In this document: positions 12,745-26,922 of the stretch, in pieces
Layout: every line of letters starts with the position of its first letter
Position numbering within the stretch: position 1 is the first letter of the stretch
Assembly (NCBI RefSeq): GCF_000143415.4
Contig: NW_003314274.1
Span: 1,892,213 to 1,956,212, forward strand
Reading direction: 5' to 3'
Length of the DNA: 64,000 nucleotides
Origin: Selaginella moellendorffii
Taxonomy: Eukaryota; Plantae; Lycopodiophyta
The notes under the pieces: generated by a model
Told to the model about the DNA's origin: nothing
The model's database searches: none
The model's input: only the letters and a program-made list of their open reading frames with translations
Position numbers and translations under genes: made by a program

Positions 12745-15700
12745 ATGGAGGATGACGAAGAGCGCGGCGGCCAGGCTCGGATTCTCCACGGCGATGTCAA
12801 GACCGCCTCGTTCCCGGTGCGCGCCAATGCGCTCATGGCGAAGAATCTCGTGTTCCAGGTAAATCTCCCAGCTGCATTCCAGGGTTTGGATTCTCAGATC
12901 TTCCGCAGCGGCGAAGCTGGAAGACGAATGCTTGCCTGGTCATGTTTCCGGCATTGCTGTGCTTGCTGCTGTTTGGGATCCAGAAGATCGTCGATACGCT
13001 GATGAGAGAGCCGGCATTTACCTGTGGGTGTATGTGTGTTCCAGTGTCATCGGGCGACTGTGAGACACGGTGTGGCGTGGAGTACTCGGACAATGTCCAA
13101 GCCGTGACTTGCCCAGTTCCATCGCCTTACAAGATCCCCGCGATGATGCAAATATCGAGGAGACCCTTTCAGGCTGTTAACTTTGGAGGGGAGTTCCCAG
13201 GTTTTCCTGATCCATCGTGCCGGACGTTCTGGAGCTGTCCATACGTGTTTGTCTACACCGGGCAGAATCGATCCATCGCAGACCGTAAGTAGAGTTTTCT
13301 TTTTCTTGTTTTGGTCATGTAACTTCTATTGTTTCCTTTCCTTGCAGAAATCACGAACCAAATGCTGAATGACGAACTGGATCTCGGAAATCCGCTTTCT
13401 TCTCTTGTTCCAGTATGTCTTTTTTTCTTGGAACTTTAGATTTCTTATGCTGATGAGGACGTGTGCTTAGCGGTTTTGATACGTCCAGGCTAGTTTCAGA
13501 AGGCCGCCGCTTGCTTATTTCATGGAGCCAGGATTGCCCAACCATTTCTATGTCTTGCGTCGAGACTGCTCGAACTACAACGGCCAATGGATAGCTCCGT
13601 GTACGTAAGAACATACTTTACATTTCTCAGGTTGCATAAGAATGGTTTATCTCTGTAGGCATTCCCACGCTTTTGCTGTGGCGGGAAGATAGACGGATCA
13701 TAGACAAGGAAATTTACAGAGGCTACATGAAAGGAAACGAACACAGATGGATCAATGAGATTCCTGCAGGTAAGATTTATAGTTTTCTTGTGATGCCTCT
13801 AGAGCTAACTTGCTAAAACTTGCAGCGTATGACTTTCAAAGCACGAGCTTGCAGAAGCTCGATGTAAATATCTTTTATAACGCAACATATGCTGGTGACA
13901 TTCGAATGGAGTTTCCAGGAATACTTCGAGTTGCTCGTAGCCTGAATCTGGTATGTTCCTTTCCCGGTTGTAATTGTCCTTCATTCACGAGTTTTGAGTT
14001 TTGCAGGTCACAGAGGCCTTTCTAAAAACTATCCTGGGTTCAGTTGCTCGGTTGCCACTGCTGTTTATAAAGGAGATGCCAAAGCCAGAGACGAGATATG
14101 TTTTAGATTTTTCTTCGTTGCTTGGTCCCCTTTTCTACATGTGGGTTGTCCAGCTTCTACTTCCAGTAAGTACGCTCGGTTAATAATCTTTTGGACTCTT
14201 TGACGATAAGAGACGAAGGCTCATTTTGCAGGTGATGCTGACTTACCTGGTTTATGAGAAAGAACGAAACCTTCGTATGATGATGAAAATGCATGGTCTG
14301 GGAGATGGTCCATACTGGCTCATTACATACGCTTATTTCCTTGCGCTTTCAACCTTGTATATTATTTGCTTCATTTTGTTTGGCTCTCTTGTCGGTATGG
14401 TTTTCCTGATTTCATTCACTGGAACGTGAATCACTGTGGCAGGCTTGCAGTTTTTTCGGCTCAACGACTACTCTCTTCAGTTTACTTTTTACATGGTGTA
14501 TATGAACTTGCAAATAGCTTTATCCTTCTTTGGCGCCACACTGTTTTCTCGAGTCAGCACAGCCACAGGTATGTCGGTGCAAACATTTGTTACTCTGTTA
14601 TTTACCTTCGGATGCGCAATGCAGTTTGCGGGTACCTGTATGTTTTTGCCTTCGGGTTGCTAGGAGCTTTTCTCTTCCAAAATTATGTCGAGGACGTGCA
14701 TACTAGCAGTACGCGTTTGCCTTTGTGCTTTCTGGTGTATTGTCTTATTGTTACTTGGTTTTAGGAGTGTTTATATTCTTGTTGGAACTATTACCTGGTT
14801 TTTCTCTTTATCGCGGCCTCTATGAATTTGCACAGTATGCGTTGGTCGGTGGGAAACAAGGAACTCATGGCATGCGCTGGAAAAATATCCACGATCGCGA
14901 GAATGCCTTCAAGCAGGTTGTTACAATAATGGCAGTCGAGTTACCGATCTTTACGATTTTAGCATTATATCTAGATCAAGTAGTTTCATCTGGAAGCGGG
15001 TTGAAGAGGCACCCTTTGTTTTTCCTGAAGCGATATTTTCCCAGGCCTCAAGAAAATATTATTTCTCGAGTGTCTGAAGAAGGCGAACAAAAGCCAGATA
15101 TTGCCAGAGAGGTATCTGCTTACAAAGTTGTGAGAGTACTTGCTTAATGCTTTTCTTGATAGGTACAAACTGTGCAAAGCTTAAGGGATGGGAATACGTC
15201 ACTCTATTCGGTAGTTTGTGATGATCTGAAGAAAGTTTATATTGGGAAGGATGGCGGTCTTAGTAAATATGCTGTGCGCGGTTTATCATTGGCTATAGAG
15301 CGCGGAGAGTGTTTTGGGATGCTGGGACCAAATGGTGCAGGGAAGACGTCGAGTATCAACATGGTGACCTTTCTTTTCTTTTCACTCGATGTGAAGCTGT
15401 ATATAACGTTCCTGCAGATGATTGGATTCCTTACACCTTCGTCTGGAAAAGTATATATCGATGGCAGGGACATTTCCAAAGACATGGATAAGCTGTACGC
15501 GGTCATGGGAGTTTGTCCTCAGCACGAGTAAGGTGTTCACTAACTAGTGCTCTCTAACATTTCCTCGTTACTTTGGCAGTCTGATATGGGAACTATTGAC
15601 TGGACGAGAGCATCTCCTCTTTTATGGCAGGCTAAAGAGCTTGAAAGGGTCTGCGCTTGAAAATGTGCGTATGTAACTGCTTAGTTCTATGCTTAATAAC

Positions 15701-16492
15701 TCGTTGTTTTCTGCAGGCTGTGCAAGCGTCGTTGAAGAGCGTGGGCCTTTTTAATGGAGGTGTTGGCGACAAGAAAGCTGGGACATACAGTGGTGGGATG
15801 AAACGCCGGTTGAGTGTAGCTATATCCTTGATAGGAAATCCAAAGGTGAATGCCATCTCAGCACGATCACTAAACTTTCCTTGTTTCTGTGAAGGTTGTT
15901 TACATGGACGAGCCTAGTACAGGATTGGATCCAGCCTCGAGGAGGACACTCTGGAACGTGATAAGACAGGCCAAAGAAGACAGGGCCATCGTACTTACAA
16001 GTAATCTCTTTTTTTAACATGTATATTGTGCCTTAACTCTCCAGTACTCTCACTGCAGCGCATTCTATGGAGGAGGCAGAAGCATTATGCGACCGGATCG
16101 GAATTTTTGTCGAAGGAAAACTACAGTGCATCGGCAGCTCCAACGATGTAAGCGGTGCACGATTTTGTTTTTCCTCTTTTCAACGCCACGAGTGTGACTT
16201 CCAGCTCAAATCGAGATACGGTGGCTCATACACTTTTACAGTCACGACGAGCCCGTCCAAGGAGCTGGAGGTGGTGGGGCTGGTTCACACTTGGTCACCT
16301 CGAGGAAAGAGAACATACAACCTTTCCGGCACGCAGAAATTCCAGCTACCGAAGGAAGGCGTGGAGCTGTCACGGGTGTTTAGAGACACAGAGAACGCGA
16401 AAGAGACGCTCGAGCTACAAGCGTGGGGCCTGGCGGACACAACCCTGGAGGACGTGTTCATCAAAGTGATGAAGGAGCTCAAGCAGATGTGA
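12745..16492 (+). CDS. ABC transporter A family half-size protein (ABCA7/ATH-type), paralog 1, multi-exon
   Basis: [28 protein letters not shown], Walker [50 protein letters not shown]. Appears intact. Confidence 0.92.
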
Positions 16493-16692
16493 TGGAGAAG
16501 AAGGTCGTGGGGGTGTTTGAATACGAATATCCGCTTGTACATGGCGGTTCACGATTGCGGGAACCTCAACGGTGGATCTTCATCGACTACGAGGCATTCG
16601 AAGTATTTTTTCCTGGGTGCATGACCGATGAGGCTTAGTGCTTCTCTCGAGATCCAGCTCGTGGAAGACGCGGGAAACGCAGGATCAAAGCG

Positions 16693-18741
16693 ATGCCGCT
16701 GCCGGAGACACGGTCGCATTCTCGACTCAAGCCAATGCGTTGCTCCGCAAAAATCTAGTTTTCCAGGTAAAGTTTACTTGACGGCGCACCTGAGTTTCTC
16801 TTTTTTCTTCCGTCGAACCATGAATTCCGATTTCCAGAGACGGCGATGGCTGCTAGTGCTCCTCCCGGGGCTGCTGTGAGTTTTGCGCTTTGCAATGCAA
16901 AAGATAATTGACTTCGAGAACAACAAAGCCTCCAACAAGTGCGGCTGCGGTTGCGTGCCTCGCAACGATTCCAGCGGCGCTTGCGACAGAGTCTGTGGCA
17001 ATGAGTATTCCACCGACAGGCAGGCGCTCACTTGCTCGGTTCCGTCGCCTCCGGAGGCCCCGGCCATGCTTTAAGTCCCAGATGCAAGATACCGAGCCGT
17101 CAACTTTGAAGGAAAGTTTCCTGGATTCCCAGATGTGACTCCGGATCTTGCGATTTAGTGCTCCTGTACACTGGGAGGAATCGATCATTGGCCGACAGTT
17201 AGTAGACGATCGAGAGATTGATTTCAGCCGACTAAAGATTTGATTGTCGCTTGTGCAGCACTGACGGATTATTTACTGAGCAATGGCTTCAATGCGTCTG
17301 CTGATCCCATCTTGTCAACTATCGTGCCAGTATATTCACGTTTTTCTTTTCACGGCAGCAAAGTATCTCACTTCATTGTCTTGGCGGCCAGGGAATATCT
17401 AGAAAAGTTTCATTGTCTTACTTTTTGGAGTCAATTTCCTGCACACAAGCTCTACAGAAGCTGGATCTCGTTGTCTACTACAACTCAAGCTATAGAGGCG
17501 ATGTTGTCCGTATTCTTCGGGTTGCTCGAAGCATGAATATAGTAAGCTCTCTAAGCTTCTCACGTTTTGGATTAATTTTTTCACTTGCAGGTTGGTTCAG
17601 CGTTTCTGAAACGTTGCTTGGCAGCTGCCTTTGGCTCTTCGGAAAGAAGTGCCGAAGAAACTATTTATAAACCTCACAGCCCTCTCTTTTATATGTGGGT
17701 AGTACAGCTTTTATTTCCGGTAAGTTAACAGTCCATAGTACTTATATGCTTAGCTCCGTGGCTTTTGCAAGCGTAGGTGATTTTGATCTCCTTGGTTTAT
17801 GAGAAAGAACGAAGGCTTCGAATGATGATGAAAATGCATCGATTCGGAGACGACCCCTACTGGTTTATCAACTACGTTTACTTCCTTGTGTTTTCCATGT
17901 AGTTCTTTTTCATGATTTTTGGCTATGCCATCGGTAAGCTCATTTGCATCTGCAATATTCCGCTTGACGACCATCCTTTTCTAGGCTTGGACTTTTTCAA
18001 AAAGAACTGTTACAGCATACAGTTTATAGTTTACTTTGTCTACATGAACATGAGAATAGCTATGGCTTTTCTGGCGACGAGACTGTTTTCGGATGTTTTG
18101 ACTGCCACAGGTTTGATATTGTTTTCATTTTCTAACTCAAGTTCTTTCCTTTTCATAGTTTGCGGGTACTTGTACGTTTTTGGGTTCGGGCTGTTAGGAA
18201 CGTTTCTCATGGTAGTATATCGAGGACATGACTATTAGCAGTAAGTGAACGCATGAAGATTTTTTCAATCCAACTTCTGTCTTTTTTAAAAATTGTCTCA
18301 GGAAAGATATCTCTGCGACCGAAATACTTCCTCCCTATACGTATTCTCGCAGTACGCGTTGCCGGGATCGAGGGCTGGTACAAAGGGAATGGAATGGAAG
18401 GACCTCGATAATGGATTGCGGGAGATTCTTCGAATGAATTATTTTCCTAGTTCTGGCACATTACCTGGATAAAGTGATTGCTTCGGGCTACGGGCTGAAG
18501 AGAAGGCCATTGTTTTTTCCACAAGTCGGCAGCTGCAGCCAGACCATCTAAGCAGGCCAGATGTTGCAAACGAGGTATGTATCTCTTCAACATGAAACGT
18601 ACCTGACCTTTGCGTTATGTAGAGAGCAATCGTTACCATCAAGGTGGAAAGAACGAGTGGAAAGAACGGCTGGGCATCCAAGCGTGGGGATTGGCAGATA
18701 CCACGCTAGAAGATGTTTTCATCAAATTAGCAAACAAGTAA
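16693..18741 (+). pseudogene. Deletion-riddled pseudogene copy of ABCA paralog 2
   Basis: Near-identical blocks to 19630-23340. In-frame stops (TGA 16877, TAA 17072), many deletions, nucleotide-binding domain missing. Confidence 0.9.
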
Positions 18742-18774
18742 AACTCTACATTCAAACTGGCTGTAAGGCGGAAA

Positions 18775-19410
18775 CCTGGAATACTTCGAGTTGCATGAAT
18801 CTGGTATGTTTCTTTCCCGGTTGTAATTTCCCTGTATTGACGAGTTTTGCCAGGAGATGAGAGACGAGATATGTTTTAGATTTTTCTTCGTTGTTTTCTA
18901 CTTATGGGTTGACATCCAGCTTCTGCTTCCAATAAGTACGCTCGTTTAGTAATCTATTTGCATGTTTGACGATAAGAGACGAAGATCCATTTTGCAGGTG
19001 ATGCTGATTGCGAGAAGAACGAAACCTTCGTACATGGATGATCCATAAATCTTGTATAGTATTTGTTCGGCTCTCTTGTCGGTAAGGTTTTCCTGATTTC
19101 AGTCACTGGAATGTGAATCACTGTGGCATGCTTGCAGTTTCTTCGCTCACTCTCTTCAGTTTAATTCGTACATGGTGTATATGAACTTGCAAATAGTTTT
19201 ATTCTTCGTTGGCGCAACACTGTTTTTTCAAGTTAGCACAGCCAGAGGTATGTAGATGCAAACATTTGTTACTGTGCTATTTACCTTCGGATGAGCTATG
19301 CAGTTTGCGGGTACTTGTGTGTTTTTACCTTCGGGATGTTTGTACTTGTATGTCCAGCTCAAATCGAGATACGGCAGCTTGTTCACTTTCACAATCACGA
19401 CGAGCCCGTG
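18775..19410 (+). pseudogene. Deletion-riddled fragment of ABCA paralog 1
   Basis: Blocks match 13915-14660 (including introns) and 16200-16257, joined by deletions. Confidence 0.88.
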
Positions 19411-19629
19411 AGGCCGTGGGGGTGTTTGAATCCGAATATCCGCTCGCACGTACGGCTCACGTTTTGCGGGAACTCAACGGTAGATCTTCATTGACTACGA
19501 GGCAGCCGAAGTTTCGTTCTTGGGGGGCATGACCGAGTGAAGGATTTGGGGGCGATTGAAAAGTCGGGGCCTTAGGGCTTCTCTCGAGCTCCAGCTCGTG
19601 GAAGACGCGGGAAACGCAGGATCAGGGCG

Positions 19630-22600
19630 ATGCCGGGGGGTGCCGTGCTGGAGACGCAGTCGGAATTGCCTGCTGCTACATTCTCGACGCAAGCCAATGC
19701 GTTGCTTCGCAAAAATCTAGTTTTCCAGGTAAGAGTTTCGAGCTTTTTCTTTCTGTCGGCGAGCTTCTTCGAACGATTTTATTGATTTCCAGAGGCGACG
19801 ATGGAAAACCAGCTTGCTGCTGGTGCTTTTCCCGGGGCTGCTGTGCGTTTTCCTGTTCACGATGCAAAAGATCATCGACTCCGAGAACAACAAAGCCTCC
19901 AACAAGTGCGGCTGCGCTTGCGTGCCTCGCAACGATTCCAGCGGCGCTTGCGACACGGTCTGCGGCGTTCAATATTCCACCGACAGGCAGGCGCTCACTT
20001 GCTCGGTTCCGTCGCCTCCGGAGGTCCCGGCCATGCTTCAAGTCCCAGATGCAAGATACCGAGCCGTCAACTTTGAAGGAAAGTTTCCTGGATTCCCAGA
20101 TCCACGATGCCGTGACTCCGGATCTTGCGATTTCGTGTTCCTGTACACTGGGGGGAATCGATCATTAGCCGACGGTTAGTAGACGACCGAGTGAGTGATT
20201 CTAGTCTGACGAAAAGTTTTATTCTCTGTTGTGCAGCACTGACGAGTAATTTACTAAGCGACGACTTCAATGCTTCTCCCGATCCCATCTCCATCTTGTC
20301 TACTATCGTGCCGGTATGTTATGTTTTTCTTCTCAAGGCTGCCAAGCATCTCACTTCATTGTCTTGGCGGCCAGGGAACATCCAGAAAAGTTCCATTCTC
20401 TTACTTTTTGGAAGACGCATTGACAAAAAACTTCAGCATTTTGTTGCGTGACTGCACGAACGCCATGGGAATTCCATGTAACCCTTTCTTTTTTTCATTT
20501 CTATCGTTTTTGTGATCAAGAATTGTGTCAGGTGTTCCAACCGATATGGTTTGGAGAGACTCTAAGCAATTGATCGAGGAGGATATCTATGACGGCTACA
20601 GAAGAGCGAACCCTGAAAGGTTCATAAATGAAATAACTTTGGGTGAGACGCTGGTATTCTTTGTTCGTAGTACTAATACACGAATACACTTTCACCACGT
20701 AGCTTACAACTTCCTGGACACAAGTTCTCAGAATCTGGATCTCGTTGTCTACTACAACTCAAGCTATAGAGGCAACGTTGCAAGTAATGCTAATTCGGTT
20801 CTTCTTCGGGTTGCTCGAAGCATGAATATAGTAAGCTCTCTAAGCTTCTCACCTTTTGGATTAATTTTGTCCCTTGCAGGCTGCTTCATCGTTTCTGAAA
20901 ATGTTGCTTGGTCCTTCAACACAGCTGCCTTTGGCTTTTATGAAAGAAATGCCTAAGCAAGAATCAAAACTACTGATAAACTTCACACTGCTGCTTGGCC
21001 CTCTCTTTTATATGTGGGTGGTGCAGCTTTTATTTCCGGTAAGCTAACAGTCCATGATTACTATATTCTTTGCTCTGTGGCTTTTACAACTGCAGGTGAT
21101 TTTGGTCTCTTTAGTTTATGAGAAAGAACGAAGGCTTCGAATGATGATGAAAATGCATGGTTTAGGAGACGGCCCCTACTGGTTTATCAACTACGTTTAC
21201 TTCCTTGCCTTTTCGATATTGTACATACTCTTTCTCATGATATTTGGTGCTGCCATCGGTAAGCTCATTTTCATCTGCGGTATTCTAGTTGACGAGCATG
21301 CTTTTCCAGGCTTGGACTTCTTCAGACAGAACAGTTACAGCATACAGTTTGTATTCTACTTTGTCTACATGAACTTGCAAATAGCTATGGCTTTTCTTGG
21401 GACGGCACTATTTTCACATGCTTTGACTGCCACAGGTTTGATAGTTTCATGTTTTTTTACTTTCTCTCAAGCTCTTTACTTTCATAGTTTGCGGTTACTT
21501 GTACGTTTTTGGGTCCGGGCTGTTAGGATCGTTTCTCATGGAAAACTATATCGAGGACACGAATATTAGCAGTAAGTGAACGTTTGTAGATTTTTTCATC
21601 ATAACTTGAACGTTTCTCAGGAAAGATTATCTTTGCGACCGAAATACTTCCTGGTTTCGCTCTCCATCGTGGCCTATATGAATTCTCGCAGTATGCGTTG
21701 CTGGGATCAAGTGCTGGTGAAAAGGGAATGGAATGGAGGGACCTTGCAGACCACGATAATGGATTGCGGCAGGTTCTTGCAATAATGCTCGTCGAGTGGA
21801 TTATTTTCCTGGTTCTTGCACAATACCTGGATAAAGTGGTTGCTTCCGGGTGCGGGTTGAAGAGAAGGCCCTTGTTTTTCTTGGAAAGGTTTTTCCAAAA
21901 GTCGGCAACTGTAGCAAGTGATACAGATGATATAAGCAGACCCGACGTTGCAAATGAGGTATGTATCTCTTCGACATGAAAAGTACCTGATCTTTGCGTT
22001 ACGTAGAGAGCAATTGTTGAGACGTTAAGGACTGCTAGCAATTCATCCTTTGCTATCATATGTGACGACTTGAAAAAGATATACGCTGGTAAAGATGGAA
22101 ATCCGGATAACTACGCAGTTCGAAGTTTGTCGCTGGCTATACGGCGTGGAGAATGCTTTGGTATGCTAGGTCCAAATGGTGCTGGAAAGACTACTAGCAT
22201 CAACATGGTAAGAATTCTTTTCCATTTTCATATCGCGAAAAAGACTGACTTTGCTATTGCGATAGATGATCGGGTTTTTGACTCCATCCTCAGGAAAGGC
22301 ATTTGTTGCGGGATTGGATATTTCCAAAGACATGGATAAAATCTACACAGTTATGGGTGTCTGCCCTCAACACGAGTAATAACTGAAAAAGACTTCCTTT
22401 TTTCCCTTTTATTGGTCTAACTTGAATTTATTTTTGTCCAGTTTGCTATGGGGATCACTGACTGGAAGGGAGCATCTTCTATTTTATGGACGCCTAAAGA
22501 ATCTCAAGGGTGCTGCTCTGGACTCTGTATGTGTTTGAGTTTCCATTTCCTACCTGCACTCATTTTTTCGGATGTTATCAGGCCGTGGAAACATCTCTGA

Positions 22601-23340
22601 AAAATGTAAATCTCTTCTATGATGGGGTGGGAGACAGAAGAGCAGGGACATATAGCGGTGGAATGAAAAGACGGCTCAGCGTGGCCATTTCTCTCATTGG
22701 ACATTCAAAAGTACGTATACACCTTGAAAACTCCGACTGAAAAACTAAAGCGTTGTGGCAGGCGGTTTATATGGATGAGCCAAGCACCGGATTGGATCCT
22801 GCCTCACGAAGGACGCTATGGAACGCTATCAAGAAGGCAAAGCAAGATCGTGCTATCATATTAACGAGTAAGTGATTCTTCAAGATTCGCGAGAGAGGAT
22901 TGTTATCGCTTGTTGTTTTGCAGCACATTCAATGGAAGAGGCAGAAGCCTTGTGCGATCGCGTTGGTATTTTCGTGAAAGGTCAGCTCCAGTGCATTGGC
23001 AACACGAGAGAGGTGAGTGAAAAAGAGAGCTCTCACTTTGTTTCATCAATTTTCTTTCCTCCAGCTCAAGTCCAGATATGGTGGCACTTACGTCTTCACT
23101 GTGACTGGCGACCCCTCGAAAGAGCAAGAAGTGGGAAATCTGGTGCGCGAGTGGTCGAGTGGTGCAAAACAGGTTTACAACCTCTCTGGCACTCAAAAGT
23201 TTGAGATACCGAAGGACGACGTGAAGATAGCTAGGGTGTTTAGAGAAGTCGGCGAGTGGAAAGAGCGGCTGGGCATCCAAGCGTGGGGATTGACAGATAC
23301 CACTCTAGAAGATGTTTTCATCAAAGTAGCGACCAATTAA
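19630..23340 (+). CDS. ABC transporter A family half-size protein (ABCA7/ATH-type), paralog 2, multi-exon
   Basis: ATG 19630 ([10 protein letters not shown]...[13 protein letters not shown]). [47 protein letters not shown] 23340. Exon structure parallels paralog 1. Confidence 0.92.
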
Positions 23341-23520
23341 ACGAGAAAGAAAGAGATCACATGCAGTGCAGCAACCCGTGCATTGCAACTTGTGCACAGA
23401 TACATACATGCTTAAAGGAAGACCGATGATCGTAGAATATGCCCGAGGCCAAAAATAACAAGCGCGAATAGAATCAATGATCGTCAAAATGACCAAAGGT
23501 TTATCGTAAGGAGCATTACA

Positions 23521-24270
23521 CTACCTCAAGCCCGAGCTGGGAATACAAGGGAATTCCATCATGGAAGGCATTGTGGTCGGATCCACCAATGAACCGCCGG
23601 TTTCACACCCAATCCTTCCACCAACAGTCCGCTGGAAAGATGAAAAGTAGTTGTGAGTATACACAAAGAACGAAAACCAAGAGGATTCACCTGAGATGTC
23701 CGTCTTGTTCCTCAGCCGCTGGAGCACAAGTCTAGCTTCCAATGAACTGCGGCAGCGTGGACAGCGTCTCACGTATCTCCGGAGGAGCAGTCTCGGCAAT
23801 GTATCACTGTCACTGCGATGCCGAGACCCGAGCCGACCAGCAACCTTGACAAGATCAGCACGGCGACCACAGCATGATCGCAGAGCTCGTGGTGTAGAAA
23901 ACCGCCGAGAATAGCTCGCTGGCCCAGCCACGATCCAGGCCCCGAGCTAAGGAGAGCTGCGACGAGCGAAGAATGGGTGTTCGAACCGGCTCCACCGAAG
24001 ACCAAGAACAAAGGTTCGTCGTTTCTCGAGAATGGATCCAGCCAGCACGTTTTGTATACACTGGAAGTCTCGTGGATCGCCAAACCTCTGCTCAAATCCG
24101 ATCCAACACACAGCAGCTTCTCACAAGCCGGTAGTCTCCTTTTGGAAACCTCATCAATGTGGCTCCCAGCAGCAATCGTGCTACGAGTCCAACGTCGAGA
24201 AAGGCGAGGGGATTTCGAAGAAGGTGGGGTGGTGGGAGAGATTGAGGAGCTCTTAACTCCACTGCTGTGA
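23521..24270 (-). pseudogene. GC-rich coding-like segment, frameshifted; possible F-box-type relic
   Basis: Overlapping ORF fragments in three frames. LPPPHLLRNPLAFLDVGLVAR weakly resembles an F-box start. Possible intron ~23690-23632. Confidence 0.25.
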
Positions 24271-24429
24271 CAATGTGCAAGCTCAAAGTTGGCAACATGA
24301 TGGGAGTTAACTCAGTGTGAATGGGACTACGGTTGTGAACCTGACTGTGAGTGCTGGGATCAGTAGCAGCTGGCACTTTGGAATGGGATAACCAGAGGAC
24401 CATTGTCAGTGATCAAGAACACCACTAGT

Positions 24430-26900
24430 TTTTTCTTAACTTTGAAAGAAATTCATTGAAACTTTGAAGCCATAAATTTTTAACATACACCATTGGATCG
24501 CTTTGAAACTTTTGAGCATGTTACTCCCTTATCCTCCTAGCTTCTCACCATTTAGATTTCCCATCTGAGCGTTCAACAAAAATTCTGAAGCACTAATAGT
24601 AACTAATAAACTTTTCATGTGCTTTGAAACTTGATTAAGTCATTAGATCATACTAAATTTAGTCCACAGATACCCACTAAGGTCCTCTCCAATCCCATCA
24701 GAGCAATTTGCAATCCAAGTAGTGGTTCCTCTGCAACATTTGAATCAAAGAGGCAATAAGGCTAGAGTTAAGATTGAGCAGAACTCTATTACAGCCCATT
24801 TGGATAGATTTTATAAGTTTGGTGGGAGGTTTGATTTTGCAAGTGATGCCCAAATTTAAAACTCACCCAAAACTTTGGAACCATGAATCTCCAACTTCAA
24901 CTAGTATGTGCTTCTCCACCTCAACTATGTCTCTATTGCTTAAATTTTGCATCTGATGCCTGAAAATAAACTCTATTGCATTGGTAGAAACTATTAAACT
25001 TTTGTTGTGCTCAGAATTTTTGATGTTGATATTTTGTGATTCAGCCATTAGATCTTTATGAAACTTCACTAATAAGTTATTTTATTTCTAAATAGTTCTA
25101 AAAAATTTCAGTAATTAATATATCCAAATCTCATTCCATAATCACATAGTCTATTCTCAATAAGGTTTTTGTGGCAATGCTTCTAGTTCTAAGCTCTACC
25201 ATCGACATTTGTTCTCTATATTGGATTGATTAGAGTTCTAAAGTTTAGGTGAAAAGCTTTGCAAGGCTGATTACTATCTCTAGAGCTTTATATATAATGC
25301 CTTGGTGTGTGAGACTACATATCGCAAATGTAACTATAAGCATTAAAATTATTGTAAATTGGGCATAATTAACCAACTTGACATATAGTCTAGCTCTTAT
25401 TTGTTTGGCTATCCTTATTTTGTATTTAACTTGGGTCTAAGCCTAAACTCTATACCATGTTAACTAATGAAGTATTTATATTTTTATGTTAGGCCACTGG
25501 TATGTCGAAATAGTGCCAAACTTCAACCCTTAAAAATTTACCCCCAAAAACGAGTATGCAATTTCATGCTAAATTAAAACACAGCCATCATTTGAGATCT
25601 CCATTGGTGACTTCTTGGGTCCATGCAAATTTATGTAGATTGCAATTGGATTTCCCAACCTCTCACCTTGCATAACAACCTAGCACTTCTTTCAAGCTGG
25701 TCTTTATATTACCTCCTCATTATAGTCTTTGTGTGTTAGATCCTAAACTTCATTGTCACTGTCCTTGTGATTGTTGTCATTGTATGTTAATCTTGGACTT
25801 CGTTGTCATTGTCCTTGTTATTGTTATCATTGTATGTTGGATCTTGGACTTTATTGTCACTATCTTTGTTATTATTGTCATTGTATGTTTGATTTTGGAC
25901 TTCATTATAACTGTCCTCATCATATGTTGGATCCTAGAAATCTTGGACTTTATTGTCACTGTCCTCACCATTACCTTTAGCATATAGGCTCTATTATTTC
26001 CTTTATGTGGATTTACTTAGAAGATGCTGGGAAACTTTATCCTCGTTGTGTTGGAGTTTAACATCCCTACTGACTGAAGGCAGATCTTGGAGATGGAACA
26101 TTAACTATGCTAGCTTTATCCACCCACCTACAATAAACATAAAAAAGGACTAGTAAATCAAGTAGGTGAAAATGAAAAACTTACTCTAAAGCAACATTTT
26201 AAAGTCTTTCAAATTTCACTATATATGAATTTTTGTGTTGAAACTGAACAAGCATGGCTTACATTCTATCACTCCAAAGCTCGTATATCCCATCTAGTCC
26301 TGACATGAGTACAGGCAGTAATGTGTTATATGCCTCTTGGTTCCATTGCAGTATAATCGCCACACCACTCACAAAGTAAAAGAGCATTTAACTCTATTTT
26401 GCATATTGGTTTTAGCATTAGGATATTAGATGTTTTAAGATTGTTTCAATATTATTCCTTGGGCTATATGCTTAAGAGTTATTTTATGCTTTAGTTCATT
26501 CATTTCTTGGTTAAATGCTTAGGAGTTTTACTCCATCCTTATGTTTAAAGACTTAAGGCATTGAAGTTTGAGTTCCACTCTATTGCCTTTGACACATGTG
26601 TTCAAGGGTTATTATTCTGCTCTATGGTTATCCTATACACCATATTAGTGGTGTTTGACACATTGTGCTACAAGATGCTACAAAACAAATTAATTGTTAC
26701 AATTGCCAAAAGGAGAGAAGGGAGGAGAGATGTGTGTTATGTTTATTTTTTTTGTAGAAGGTAAAATTTCTATCCTTCTTATACAAAGCATTGTGAAAGG
26801 TATAATATTTCATCCTTTTTTTACTTTCCCCAAAGAGAGAATGTAAAAGATGACAATTACACTAATTATAACTTGTATGTAACATTTCATCTTTCAGTTA
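24430..26900. repeat. AT-rich degenerate dispersed repeat, related to 30840-33170
   Basis: Shared blocks, e.g. tccacagatacccactaa 24663 vs 31664, ttgatattttgtgattca 25026 vs 31949, and 26560-26880 vs 32000-32620. Confidence 0.6.
25735..25970 (+). repeat. ~51-bp minisatellite, about 4-5 degenerate copies
   Basis: Unit atcttggactttattgtcactgtccttgttattgttatcattgtatgttgg. Confidence 0.85.
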
Positions 26901-26922
26901 GTGCCTTTTTCTTATCTTGTGT

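Noticed and set aside
25733-25987. Hydrophobic or Cys/His-rich small protein
   Set aside because: Artefact of the 51-bp minisatellite, which keeps three frames open.
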